Part shown: positions 1 to 8,276 of the stretch, piece by piece
How positions within the stretch are numbered: position 1 is the stretch's first letter
Layout of the letters: each line of letters starts with the position of its first letter
Origin: an uncultured Burkholderiales bacterium
Lineage (GTDB): Bacteria > Pseudomonadota > Gammaproteobacteria > Burkholderiales > Burkholderiaceae_C
DNA: 64,000 nt
Assembly: GCA_903820745.1 (NCBI GenBank)
Contig: CAIJIT010000315.1
Coordinates: forward strand, 976 to 64,975
Direction: 5' to 3'
Notes under the pieces: generated by a model
Seen by the model: only the letters and a program-made list of their open reading frames with translations
What the model was told of the DNA's origin: nothing
The model's database searches: none
Translations under genes and position numbers: made by a program

Positions 1-320
1 ACCACTTCCTGCTTGAGCCCGCGCCCGCTGACGACGAAATGCATATGGATGGCGGTGAATACCTTGGGGTCAGTTGCAGCACGTTCGGCTTTGAGCATCA
101 GTTGGCAGCCGCGCACATCATGGCGGCCGCGCTTGAGGATCAGCACCACGTCATAGGCGGTGCAACCGCCAGTGCCGGCCAGTACCGTCTCCATCGGCCG
201 TGGCGCCAGGTTATGACCCCCGCCCTCCACCGCGCCGTCCATCATCAGTTGATGGCCGCTGCCGGTTTCGGCCTGGAATGCCATGCCCTCGCTGCCCATC
301 CAGTTGATCGTGCATTCCAT
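1..320 (-). CDS. OsmC/YhfA-family protein (3' end runs off the window)
   Basis: Manual translation from ATG at 320: MECTINWMGSEGMAFQAETGSGHQLMMDGAVEGGGHNLAPRPMETVLAGTGGCTAYDVVLILKRGRH..., typical YhfA/OsmC motifs. Not in the ORF track because it is truncated. Confidence 0.85.
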   Translation of the reverse strand, partial: MECTINWMGSEGMAFQAETGSGHQLMMDGAVEGGGHNLAPRPMETVLAGTGGCTAYDVVLILKRGRHDVRGCQLMLKAERAATDPKVFTAIHMHFVVSGRGLKQEV

Positions 321-392
321 CTTTCGGCTCCCTGATAATGACTACATCCGCATTGATTACCTGAAATTCGTAAAAATCAGGCAAAAAGCATA

Positions 393-422
393 TTGCAGCG
401 CAGCATAACTTGAGGCTAGAAT
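393..422 (+). promoter_or_regulatory. Putative sigma70 promoter for the sRNA, overlapped by a TGCAGCGCAGCA box
   Basis: TTGCAG (393-398), 18 nt spacer, TAGAAT (417-422). An alternative -10-like AATAAT lies at 451-456. Confidence 0.45.
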
Positions 423-463
423 AGGCTCCATACGTTGCTGTTTGTTCTGCAATAATCCGTACC

Positions 464-530
464 GATTGTCTCCTCCACCGCCTCCATGGTGGATTCATAG
501 CCCGAGCTTGCAAAAGCTCGGGTTTTTTTT
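464..530 (+). ncRNA. Anti-Shine-Dalgarno small RNA resembling the Betaproteobacteria toxic sRNA family
   Basis: GATTGTCTCCTCCACCGCCTCCATGGTGGATTC: 5' CTCCTCC, then a TCCACC/GGTGGA stem with a CCTCC loop, then an intrinsic terminator. Family assignment is from recall and the 5' end is uncertain (about 429 or 463). Confidence 0.7.
501..530 (+). terminator. Intrinsic terminator of the sRNA
   Basis: CCCGAGCTT-GCAA-AAGCTCGGG followed by T8. Confidence 0.9.
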
Positions 531-580
531 GCCCTCAACTATCATGCGAGGCTGCAAAAGTCTTGCATTGGAGAACTTTC

Positions 581-2164
581 ATGGCCGGCCCCGCGCGCAG
601 CAAGATCAGCAACTCCAAGGGCGGCAGCGCCGATCTGCCGGCCTTGCTGCCCAGCGACAACAGTTATCTGCAACGGATCCTCAATGCCCGTGTCTATGAC
701 GTGGCGATCGAAAGCTCGCTGACACCGGCGCGCAGCCTGTCGAAACGAATCGGCAACAAGGTGTTCCTGAAGCGCGAGGACGAGCAACCGGTGTTCAGCT
801 TCAAGCTGCGCGGCGCTTACAACAAGATGGTGCACCTGAGCCCGGAGCAACTCGCCCGCGGCGTCATTTGCGCTTCGGCCGGTAACCATGCCCAGGGTGT
901 TGCGCTGTCGGCCAAGAAGCTCGGTTGCCGCGCCGTCATCGTGATGCCGGTCACCACGCCCAAGCTAAAGATCGACGCCGTCCAGGCGCTCGGCGGTGAA
1001 GTGATCCTGCATGGCGACAGCTTTACCGACGCCCATGGCCGGGCAATCGAACTCGAGGCCGAGCTCGGGCTGACCTTCGTCCACCCGTTTGATGACCCGG
1101 ACGTGATCGCCGGCCAGGGCACGATCGCGATGGAAATCCTGCGCCAGCACCAGGGGCCGATCGACGCGATCTTTGTCGCCATCGGCGGCGGCGGGCTGAT
1201 TTCGGGAGTGGCCGCCTATATCAAGGCCGTGCGGCCCGAGATCAAGGTGATCGGCGTGCAAACCCGCGATTCAGACGCGATGCTGCGCTCGGTGCGGGCG
1301 GGCGAACGCGTGCTGCTGACCGATGTCGGCCTGTTCTCGGACGGCACCGCAGTCAAATGGGTCGGCGAGGAGACTTTCCGGATCACGCAGGCGCTGGTCG
1401 ATGACTTTGTCGTCGTCGACACCGATGCCGTCTGCGCTGCGATCAAGGATGTGTTCGAAGACACCCGCAGCATCCTCGAGCCTGCGGGCGCGCTGGGCGT
1501 GGCGGCGGTCAAGCAATATGTGGCCGAGAAGGGCTGCAAGGGCCAGACCCTGATCGCCATCACCTGCGGCGCGAACATGAATTTCGACCGGCTGCGCTTC
1601 GTCGCCGAGCGCGCCGAAGTCGGCGAGAACCGCGAAGCCCTGTTTGCGATCACCATCCCCGAAGCAAGGGGCAGTTTCAAGCGTTTTTGCGAGTTGCTCG
1701 GGCCGCGCAGCGTGACCGAGTTCAATTACCGTATCTCGGACGCCAAGCAGGCCCATATCTTCGTCGGCGTGGCCACGCAAAAGCGCGAGGAATCGCTGAA
1801 GCTGGCCAGGACATTTGGCAAAAACGGCTTCGCCACGGTCGATCTGACCGACAACGAACTTGCCAAGCAGCATGTGCGCCATATGGTCGGCGGACACACC
1901 GAACTGGCGCATGACGAGCGGCTTTACCGCTTCATCTTCCCCGAGCGGCCGGGCGCGCTGATGCGCTTCTTGTCTGCCATGCACCCCGACTGGAACATCA
2001 CGCTATTCCATTACCGCAATCAGGGTGCCGATTACGGCCGCATCCTGGTCGGACTGCAGGTGCCGAAGGGCGACAACGCTGCATTGCGCGACTTCCTCGA
2101 CGCGCTCAATTACCCCTGTGAGGACGAGACCGACAACCCTGTCTACAAGCTGTTCCTGCGCTAA
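581..2164 (+). CDS. ilvA: Biosynthetic threonine ammonia-lyase
   Basis: FSFKLRGAYN PLP-lysine motif, ASAGNHAQG, C-terminal regulatory domains. GGAGA RBS before ATG 581. Confidence 0.97.
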   Translation: MAGPARSKISNSKGGSADLPALLPSDNSYLQRILNARVYDVAIESSLTPARSLSKRIGNKVFLKREDEQPVFSFKLRGAYNKMVHLSPEQLARGVICASAGNHAQGVALSAKKLGCRAVIVMPVTTPKLKIDAVQALGGEVILHGDSFTDAHGRAIELEAELGLTFVHPFDDPDVIAGQGTIAMEILRQHQGPIDAIFVAIGGGGLISGVAAYIKAVRPEIKVIGVQTRDSDAMLRSVRAGERVLLTDVGLFSDGTAVKWVGEETFRITQALVDDFVVVDTDAVCAAIKDVFEDTRSILEPAGALGVAAVKQYVAEKGCKGQTLIAITCGANMNFDRLRFVAERAEVGENREALFAITIPEARGSFKRFCELLGPRSVTEFNYRISDAKQAHIFVGVATQKREESLKLARTFGKNGFATVDLTDNELAKQHVRHMVGGHTELAHDERLYRFIFPERPGALMRFLSAMHPDWNITLFHYRNQGADYGRILVGLQVPKGDNAALRDFLDALNYPCEDETDNPVYKLFLR

Positions 2165-2168
2165 GGAT

Positions 2169-2202
2169 GCACTGGCATAACCCTCACGGCTTGTGCCAGT
2201 GC
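2169..2202. terminator. Hairpin between convergent ilvA and gspC
   Basis: GCACTGGCA...TGCCAGTGC inverted repeat with no clear U-tract. Confidence 0.4.
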
Positions 2203-2209
2203 TGCCTCG

Positions 2210-2749
2210 CTACTGACTCAAGGCCCGGTTGATTGCCGGCTGACTCGGCGTTGGTGGCTTGCCTGGCGGGTTGATGCCGCCAAGATTGAGCGGCGATGGT
2301 GCCGCCGGACTGAGGGAACCGGTCGCCGCAGCATCGGGCGTGGCAAGCTGCAGCACCATGCTGATGACACCGCCGCGACCCAGACTGGCCGAGCGGGCAT
2401 CCAGCGCCAGCAATTGCATATCGCCTTCCAGGGTCGCGCCGATTCGCATCGTCCGCGCCACGCCGTCAACCGCGATCAAGGCCACGCCCTCGCCAGCCAA
2501 GCTGGTCTTGGGATTTTTGGGTGCCACCAGGCCGAGCAGCTTGAAGCGGCTGTCGGCCAGCGGCAAAGCCTCAGCAGCCGGCGCCGCGCCGAACAATCGC
2601 GTCAGGTCGGCCTGACCGCCGCTTCGATCGGACAAAGGCGCTGCCTGCGCAGGCAGCGCCACGGGCAACACCAGCAACTGCAGCAGCCAATAAGCCGCGC
2701 TGCAACCCAGTAAACCCCACACCAGAAAAGCCATCAGTCGTACTTGCAT
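2210..2749 (-). CDS. gspC: Type II secretion protein C-like (no PDZ domain)
   Basis: N-terminal TM helix, LLGLVA...GVALIAVDG HR-type domain, divergent from gspG. Confidence 0.75.
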   Translation of the reverse strand: MQVRLMAFLVWGLLGCSAAYWLLQLLVLPVALPAQAAPLSDRSGGQADLTRLFGAAPAAEALPLADSRFKLLGLVAPKNPKTSLAGEGVALIAVDGVARTMRIGATLEGDMQLLALDARSASLGRGGVISMVLQLATPDAAATGSLSPAAPSPLNLGGINPPGKPPTPSQPAINRALSQ

Positions 2750-2816
2750 GGCGCAATTATGGGCCAGTCACGGGCTTGCGCTAAGCTCTAGCCCATTCAA
2801 GCCAACACGCCTGCCC

Positions 2817-3257
2817 ATGAACACCCAAGCAAGTCCCCGCAAACCTCGCCCTAGCCATGGTTTCACCTTGATCGAGCTGCTGGTGGTGCTGGTCATCATC
2901 GGCATGCTGGGCGCCTTGATCGTGCCGAATGTGCTGAACCGGCTGGATGAGGCCAAGGTGACTGCAGCCCGCACGACGGTCGGCAGCCTGGTGCAGCAGT
3001 TGAAGCTCTACAAACTCGACAACCAGCGCTACCCCAGCGCCGAGCAAGGCCTGGATGCCTTGGTGCACAAGCCGACGGTCGGCATCACGCCACCGAACTG
3101 GAAGCCCTATATCGACAAGCTGCCGCTGGACCCCTGGAACCAGCCTTACCAATACGCCAACCCGGGCCTCAAAGGCGAGATCGATGTCTACAGCTTCGGC
3201 GCCGATGGGCGCATCGGCGGCGAGGGCAATGATGCCGACATCGGCTCCTGGCAATAA
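2817..3257 (+). CDS. gspG: T2SS major pseudopilin
   Basis: GFTLIELLVV prepilin site, LYKLDNQRYP, DPWNQPYQY, DIGSW end. Confidence 0.95.
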   Translation: MNTQASPRKPRPSHGFTLIELLVVLVIIGMLGALIVPNVLNRLDEAKVTAARTTVGSLVQQLKLYKLDNQRYPSAEQGLDALVHKPTVGITPPNWKPYIDKLPLDPWNQPYQYANPGLKGEIDVYSFGADGRIGGEGNDADIGSWQ

Positions 3258-3690
3258 GCAAAGCGGTTTCACGCTGATCGAGTTGCTGGTCGTCATCGCG
3301 CTGATCGCGATTGCCAGCGCCCTGGTCAGCCTGTCGCTGCGTGACCCGGAGAGCGCACAGCTCGAGCGTGAGGCCGAAAGGCTGGTGGCCTTGTTCGAAA
3401 CCGCGCGGGCCGAAAGCCGCGCCAGCGGCTTGACCGTGCAATGGCTGCCGACCAAGGACGCCAATGGCGAGGGTTTCGTCTTCCAAGGCTTGCCGCCGGC
3501 AATCGCAATGCCCCAGCGTTGGTTGAAGGCACAGCCCGCCGTCGAGATCGCTGGCGATCGGCTGATCCACCTGGGGCCCGACGCCATGATTGGCGCGCAA
3601 TCGCTGCATTTGCGCCTGGGCACGCAAAGCTTGAAGCTGGCCAGTGACGGACTCGGGCCGTTCGAGGTCAGCCCGATCGCGGCACCATGA
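3229..3690 (+). CDS. gspH: T2SS minor pseudopilin H
   Basis: GFTLIELLVV, EAERLVALFE, position after gspG. Confidence 0.85.
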   Translation: MMPTSAPGNKQSGFTLIELLVVIALIAIASALVSLSLRDPESAQLEREAERLVALFETARAESRASGLTVQWLPTKDANGEGFVFQGLPPAIAMPQRWLKAQPAVEIAGDRLIHLGPDAMIGAQSLHLRLGTQSLKLASDGLGPFEVSPIAAP

Positions 3691-4043
3691 AGACCCGCGG
3701 TTTCACATTGATCGAGGTGCTGGTGGCGCTGGTGATCGTCGCGATCAGCCTCGCCGCCGGGGTGAAGGCAGCCGGCGCGTTGACGGCCAACGCAGCCCGC
3801 CTGCGCAACGTCAGCGCCGCGCAATGGTGCGCCGAAAACCAATTGACCGAGTTACGCCTTTCCAAACAATTCCCCGGTGTCGGCGAGGCCGCCTTTGCCT
3901 GCGAGCAACTGGGGCAGAGTTACAGCGGAAAACTGCTCATCAAACCAACACCGAACCCGAACTTCCGCCGCGTCGACGCTTCGGTCAGCGATGAAAATGG
4001 CCAATCGCAATTGACCATCACCACCGTCATGGGGCGGTATTGA
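3687..4043 (+). CDS. gspI: T2SS minor pseudopilin I
   Basis: GFTLIEVLVAL, AQWCAENQL, PNPNFRRVD. Confidence 0.9.
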   Translation: MKTRGFTLIEVLVALVIVAISLAAGVKAAGALTANAARLRNVSAAQWCAENQLTELRLSKQFPGVGEAAFACEQLGQSYSGKLLIKPTPNPNFRRVDASVSDENGQSQLTITTVMGRY

Positions 4044-4696
4044 TGCGGCCCCTGATGCGAAGGCACAGCGGTTTCACCCTGGTCGAAGTCATGGTGGCGC
4101 TGCTGGTGATGAGCTTGATGTCCGTGCTGGCCTGGCGCGGCCTCGACGGCTTGTTGAAAAGCCGTGACATCACGCAGTCGCATCTGCAACATAGCGCCAG
4201 GCTGCAGACCGTCGTGGCGCAATGGGAGCAGGATCTGCTGGCGCTGCAGGACAGCGGCAATGCCCCTGCGCTGAGCTTCGATGGCGCCACCTTGCGCATC
4301 ACGCGCCAGCGGCCTTCGGGCATGCAGGTGGTGGCCTGGAGCTTGCGCAATGGCGGGCTCTACCGCTGGGAAGACCGGCCAGTGCAGACGGTGGCTGCGC
4401 TGCAGGAAAGCCTGCAACGCAGCCAGCAATCGCTGTCCCAGGACAAGACCCAGCTGCTGACGATCGAGGGCGTCAGCGGCTGGCAGATGTTCTTCTACCG
4501 TGGCAATGGCTGGAGCAATGCGCAGTCCAGCGATGACCAGGCGAGCCCGGTGGCGGCAGCATCAGCGGCCAGTGCAGCGGCCGCCCCGCCGCGCAGCGTT
4601 CTGCCCAGCGGGGTGAGGATGATCCTGCAGTTCGCCCCGGGGAGCGAATTCAGCGGCTCGCTGACCCGCCAGATCGAACTCGGGCCGCAGTCATGA
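4040..4696 (+). CDS. gspJ: T2SS minor pseudopilin J
   Basis: GFTLVEVMVAL...LAWRGLD, C-terminal LPSGVR. Confidence 0.85.
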   Translation: MMRPLMRRHSGFTLVEVMVALLVMSLMSVLAWRGLDGLLKSRDITQSHLQHSARLQTVVAQWEQDLLALQDSGNAPALSFDGATLRITRQRPSGMQVVAWSLRNGGLYRWEDRPVQTVAALQESLQRSQQSLSQDKTQLLTIEGVSGWQMFFYRGNGWSNAQSSDDQASPVAAASAASAAAAPPRSVLPSGVRMILQFAPGSEFSGSLTRQIELGPQS

Positions 4697-5649
4697 GGAG
4701 ATCCCAACAGCGCGGCGCGGCCTTGCTGACCGCGCTGATCATCGTGACCTTGGTCGCCACGCTGGCCTCGGCGATGGTCTGGCGCCAATACCAGGCGGTG
4801 CAGATCGAAGCTGCCGGGCGGGCGCGGGCACAGGCCGGCTGGATCTTGCAGGGCGCGCTCGACTGGGCCAGGCTGATTCTGCGCGAGGATGCGCGCGCCA
4901 ACCTGAGCGAGCCGATCGACCATCTCGGCGAAGTCTGGGCTGTACCGCTGGCTGAAGCGCGCTTGTCGACCTTTCTCGCCGCCGAACCCGGCAATGTCGA
5001 CGATGGCCCGGAGGCATTCTTGTCGGGCAGCATCAGCGATGCGCAGGGGCTCTACAACCTGCGCTGGCTGCTCGGCGGACCGCAGTTGCCAGCGCAGGAG
5101 TTGCGTGTGCTCGAGCGCCTGTGCGACAGCGCCGGTGTGCCGGCCGGGACGGCGGCGCTGCTGAGCAGCCAGCTGCGCGCGGCCTTCAATGGCGGCTCCG
5201 CCAGCAAACCAGACAGCGGCGACAGGCCGCTGCTGGCCAAGAACATCGATCAACTGGCCTGGATCGGACTCAGCGCCGACACGGTCGAGCGGCTGCGCCC
5301 TTTGGTGACGCTGCTGCCGGTGCTCACCCCGGTGAACTTGAACACCGCGCCACGCGAAGTCATCGCCGCGCTGTTCGACGGTATGGACCTGGCATCGGCC
5401 GAGCGCCTGATACAAGCCCGCAAAATAACGCCGCTGCGCAATGCGCAGGCCGCCAAGCCCTATCTGCCGGCCAATGCAGTCATCAGCAACGAACGAATCG
5501 GCGTGGTTTCGGCGTTTTTCTTCGTCAAGGGCAGTTTGCGACTCGATGCCCGGGTGCTCGAGGAACGCTCGCTGGTGCAGCGCATCGGACTGGACATGCT
5601 GGTGCTGGACCGCCAACGCCTCAGTCAAGTGCTGGCGGCGGGCCGTTGA
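4693..5649 (+). CDS. gspK: T2SS minor pseudopilin K
   Basis: QRGAALLTAL, DHLGEVWA, VNLNTAP motifs. Confidence 0.9.
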   Translation: MRRSQQRGAALLTALIIVTLVATLASAMVWRQYQAVQIEAAGRARAQAGWILQGALDWARLILREDARANLSEPIDHLGEVWAVPLAEARLSTFLAAEPGNVDDGPEAFLSGSISDAQGLYNLRWLLGGPQLPAQELRVLERLCDSAGVPAGTAALLSSQLRAAFNGGSASKPDSGDRPLLAKNIDQLAWIGLSADTVERLRPLVTLLPVLTPVNLNTAPREVIAALFDGMDLASAERLIQARKITPLRNAQAAKPYLPANAVISNERIGVVSAFFFVKGSLRLDARVLEERSLVQRIGLDMLVLDRQRLSQVLAAGR

Positions 5650-5701
5650 CCCGCTGCCGACTCCAACAAGTCTCCTAGAATGCCGCAGCCCCTGACCTTC
5701 A

Positions 5702-6937
5702 ATGACTAATCTGCTTATCTTTCTCAACCCGCGCAATCGTCTGCGGGCAATGGGTCGCCCGTCAGTCGAAGGGCTACCGGTTGAATACGACTATCTGTTG
5801 AGTCCGGATGGCGTGCAGGTCAGCGCCCAGGGCCGCTGCCCTGCCGCCTTGCTGCCACGCGCCGACCATGTGATCGCCGTGGCCGCCGCAGCCGACGTCA
5901 GCTGGCAACGCGTGCAATTGCCACGTGCGGGCCGCCAGATGCGCGCCGCATTGGCCGGCACCATGGAAGAATCGCTGCTCGAAGACCCCGAGGATCTGCA
6001 TTTCGCCATCGAGCCGGAAGCTGCCGGTGGCGACCGCGCCTGGGTTGCGATCACCTCGATGCGCTGGCTGGCCGGGCAACTCGCGCAACTCGAAGCTGCC
6101 CAGGTTTTTGTCGACAGCGTGGCTCCGTTGGCGCGGCCCGAGTTGCTGCCGCGCGGGCATTTCCATCCCTCAGACAGCGATCCCCAGCGGATGCTGCTGA
6201 GTTGGAGCCATGCCGAAGGGGCGGCTGAACTGCTGCTTGAAGGCAATCTGACACGCCAACTGTTGACGCCGCAAATGCTGCAGACCGCTCAATGGAGCGC
6301 CAGCCCGGCCGTCGCAGCAAGCGCCGAACAATGGCTGGGCGCACCGGTGACCGTGCTGACCAGCGCCCAGCGCGCGCTGCGCCTGCTCGACAGCAACTGG
6401 AATTTGCGCCAGTTCGAGCTCGCCCCGCGTACCCGGGGCGTGCGGGCCTTGCGGCAACTGCTGCGCGGCTTGATGCGTCCGAATTGGCGGCCGGTGCGCT
6501 GGGGGCTGACGGGCCTGATCCTGGTTCAGTTGCTTGGCCTGAATTTGCTCGCCTGGCGACAAAGTCAGCAATTGAAGCAGCAGCGTGCCGCCATCGACAC
6601 CACGCTGACCAGCAGCTTTCCGCAACAGCGCGCCATCCTCGACGCACCGCTGCAGATGCGGCGTGAAACCGAAAAACTGCGGGGCAGCGCGGGCCGACCC
6701 GGGGAACAGGAGATGGAAACGCTGCTGGCTGCAGCCGCAAGCCGCTGGCCTGTCGAGCGAACACTTGAGGCATGGTCCTTCGAGGCCGGCCAGTTGCAGC
6801 TCTCGGCCAAGGGCTGGAACGACGCCCAGGTGCAGCAATTCAGCCAGCAGTTGCGCAGCGATGGCTGGCTGATCGATGTCAGCGAAGGCCGCATCAACAT
6901 CAGACCCGCAGCGCCCAACGGCCCGCTCAAGCCATGA
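5702..6937 (+). CDS. gspL: T2SS protein L
   Basis: EESLLEDPEDLHFA, WNLRQFE, single TM, operon position. Confidence 0.85.
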   Translation: MTNLLIFLNPRNRLRAMGRPSVEGLPVEYDYLLSPDGVQVSAQGRCPAALLPRADHVIAVAAAADVSWQRVQLPRAGRQMRAALAGTMEESLLEDPEDLHFAIEPEAAGGDRAWVAITSMRWLAGQLAQLEAAQVFVDSVAPLARPELLPRGHFHPSDSDPQRMLLSWSHAEGAAELLLEGNLTRQLLTPQMLQTAQWSASPAVAASAEQWLGAPVTVLTSAQRALRLLDSNWNLRQFELAPRTRGVRALRQLLRGLMRPNWRPVRWGLTGLILVQLLGLNLLAWRQSQQLKQQRAAIDTTLTSSFPQQRAILDAPLQMRRETEKLRGSAGRPGEQEMETLLAAAASRWPVERTLEAWSFEAGQLQLSAKGWNDAQVQQFSQQLRSDGWLIDVSEGRINIRPAAPNGPLKP

Positions 6938-7443
6938 AGCAGCCCAAGACTTCAAACCTGCAGCAAATCGGCGGCGCGCTGCGATCTCATTGGCAAAGCC
7001 TGGGCGAACGCGATCGGCTGATCTTGCGTCTGGCCGCTGCCGGGCTGGCGCTGCTGCTGGTCTGGCTGCTGGCGCTGCAACCGGCATTGCGCGTTCTGCG
7101 CGCAACGCCGGGGCAACTCGACGCCGCCGAACTGAGCTTGCAACAGATGCAGCGCCTGGCGCTCGAAGCGCGCGAACTTCGCGCCGTGCCTGCCGTCAGC
7201 GCCGAACAATCGATGCAGGCCTTGCAAGCGGCGAGCCAGCATCTCGGGCCCCAGGCTAACCTGACCATCCAGGCCGACAGGGCAGTGCTTAACTTCAACG
7301 GCATTGCCGGTCCAGCGCTGCAAGCCTGGCTGATCGAGGTGCGTAGCGCGGCCAGAGCCAGACCGGTACAAGCGCAGGTGCAAAGCGGCCCGAAAGGCTA
7401 TGACGGCAGCATCACGCTGGATCTATCGGGAGCTGCCCGGTGA
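6934..7443 (+). CDS. gspM: T2SS protein M
   Basis: WQSLGERDR + TM + LQPA, ATGA overlap with gspL. Confidence 0.85.
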   Translation: MKQPKTSNLQQIGGALRSHWQSLGERDRLILRLAAAGLALLLVWLLALQPALRVLRATPGQLDAAELSLQQMQRLALEARELRAVPAVSAEQSMQALQAASQHLGPQANLTIQADRAVLNFNGIAGPALQAWLIEVRSAARARPVQAQVQSGPKGYDGSITLDLSGAAR

Positions 7444-8276
7444 TCCCAGTGTCAGCGCGAGCAGCCCGGCAGACAAGAGCTGGCGCGGGCCTGGGCTGGA
7501 ACCTGTCCGGCGCGCTGCTCGGCATGCTGCTCGCCCTGGTCCTATTCGCGCCCGCCAGTTGGCTGGCGCGCGCGGTGGCCGCAGCCAGCAATCAGCAACT
7601 CTTGATCACCGAGGCGCGCGGCACGGTCTGGAACGGTAGCGGCATGCTGGTGCTGACCGGCGGCAGCGGCAGTCGTGACGCCAGCATCCTGCCAGGCCGG
7701 CTGAGCTGGTCGATCGGTTTGAGGCCGTCCGGTTTGCTGCTGCGCGCCAGCCAGGCCTGCTGCATCAATGGCGAATTGCAGATGCTGCTGAAGCCTGGCT
7801 TGGGCCGCGTCGAGATCACGCTGTCGAACCAGTCTGACTGGCTGGTACGCTGGCCCGCGGCTTGGCTGGCGGGCTTGGGAACGCCCTGGAACACGCTGCA
7901 ACTCGGCGGCTCGCTGCGCCTTTCAGCGCATGATTTGAGCCTGCAATTTTCCCAGGGACTTTGGCGTCAGTCCGGCCAGATCGACCTGGACCTGAGTCAT
8001 TTATCTTCGCGCTTGTCGACCCTGGCACCGCTGGGCAGCTACCGGTTGCGAATCACTCCAGATGCCGGCAATTCGGGCGCCAGCAGCATCAGCTTGTCGA
8101 CCTTGGACGGTGCGCTGCTGCTGTCAGGCCAGGGCAGCCTGGGCGGCCCGGGGAAAACCTATTTCAAGGGCGAGGCGGCAAGCGCGCCCGGCCGTGAAAC
8201 CGCCTTGAACAATCTCCTGAACATCATCGGACGGCGTCAAGGCGCGCGCTCCGTCATATCGATTGGATCAGCATGA
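7440..8276 (+). CDS. gspN: T2SS protein N
   Basis: FAPASWLA, RGTVWNGSG, LAPLGSY motifs. Confidence 0.88.
   Translation: MIPVSARAARQTRAGAGLGWNLSGALLGMLLALVLFAPASWLARAVAAASNQQLLITEARGTVWNGSGMLVLTGGSGSRDASILPGRLSWSIGLRPSGLLLRASQACCINGELQMLLKPGLGRVEITLSNQSDWLVRWPAAWLAGLGTPWNTLQLGGSLRLSAHDLSLQFSQGLWRQSGQIDLDLSHLSSRLSTLAPLGSYRLRITPDAGNSGASSISLSTLDGALLLSGQGSLGGPGKTYFKGEAASAPGRETALNNLLNIIGRRQGARSVISIGSA

Noticed and set aside
442-699. ORF with a Pro run (LSPPPPPWW) upstream of ilvA as an attenuator leader peptide
   Set aside because: The Pro codons are just the CCUCC motifs of the sRNA. There are no Ile/Thr/Val runs, and the frame runs through the terminator.
5646-5681. Internal promoter before gspL (TTGACC...TAGAAT)
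   Set aside because: The spacer is 24 nt, so only the -10 is plausible. Too weak to call.
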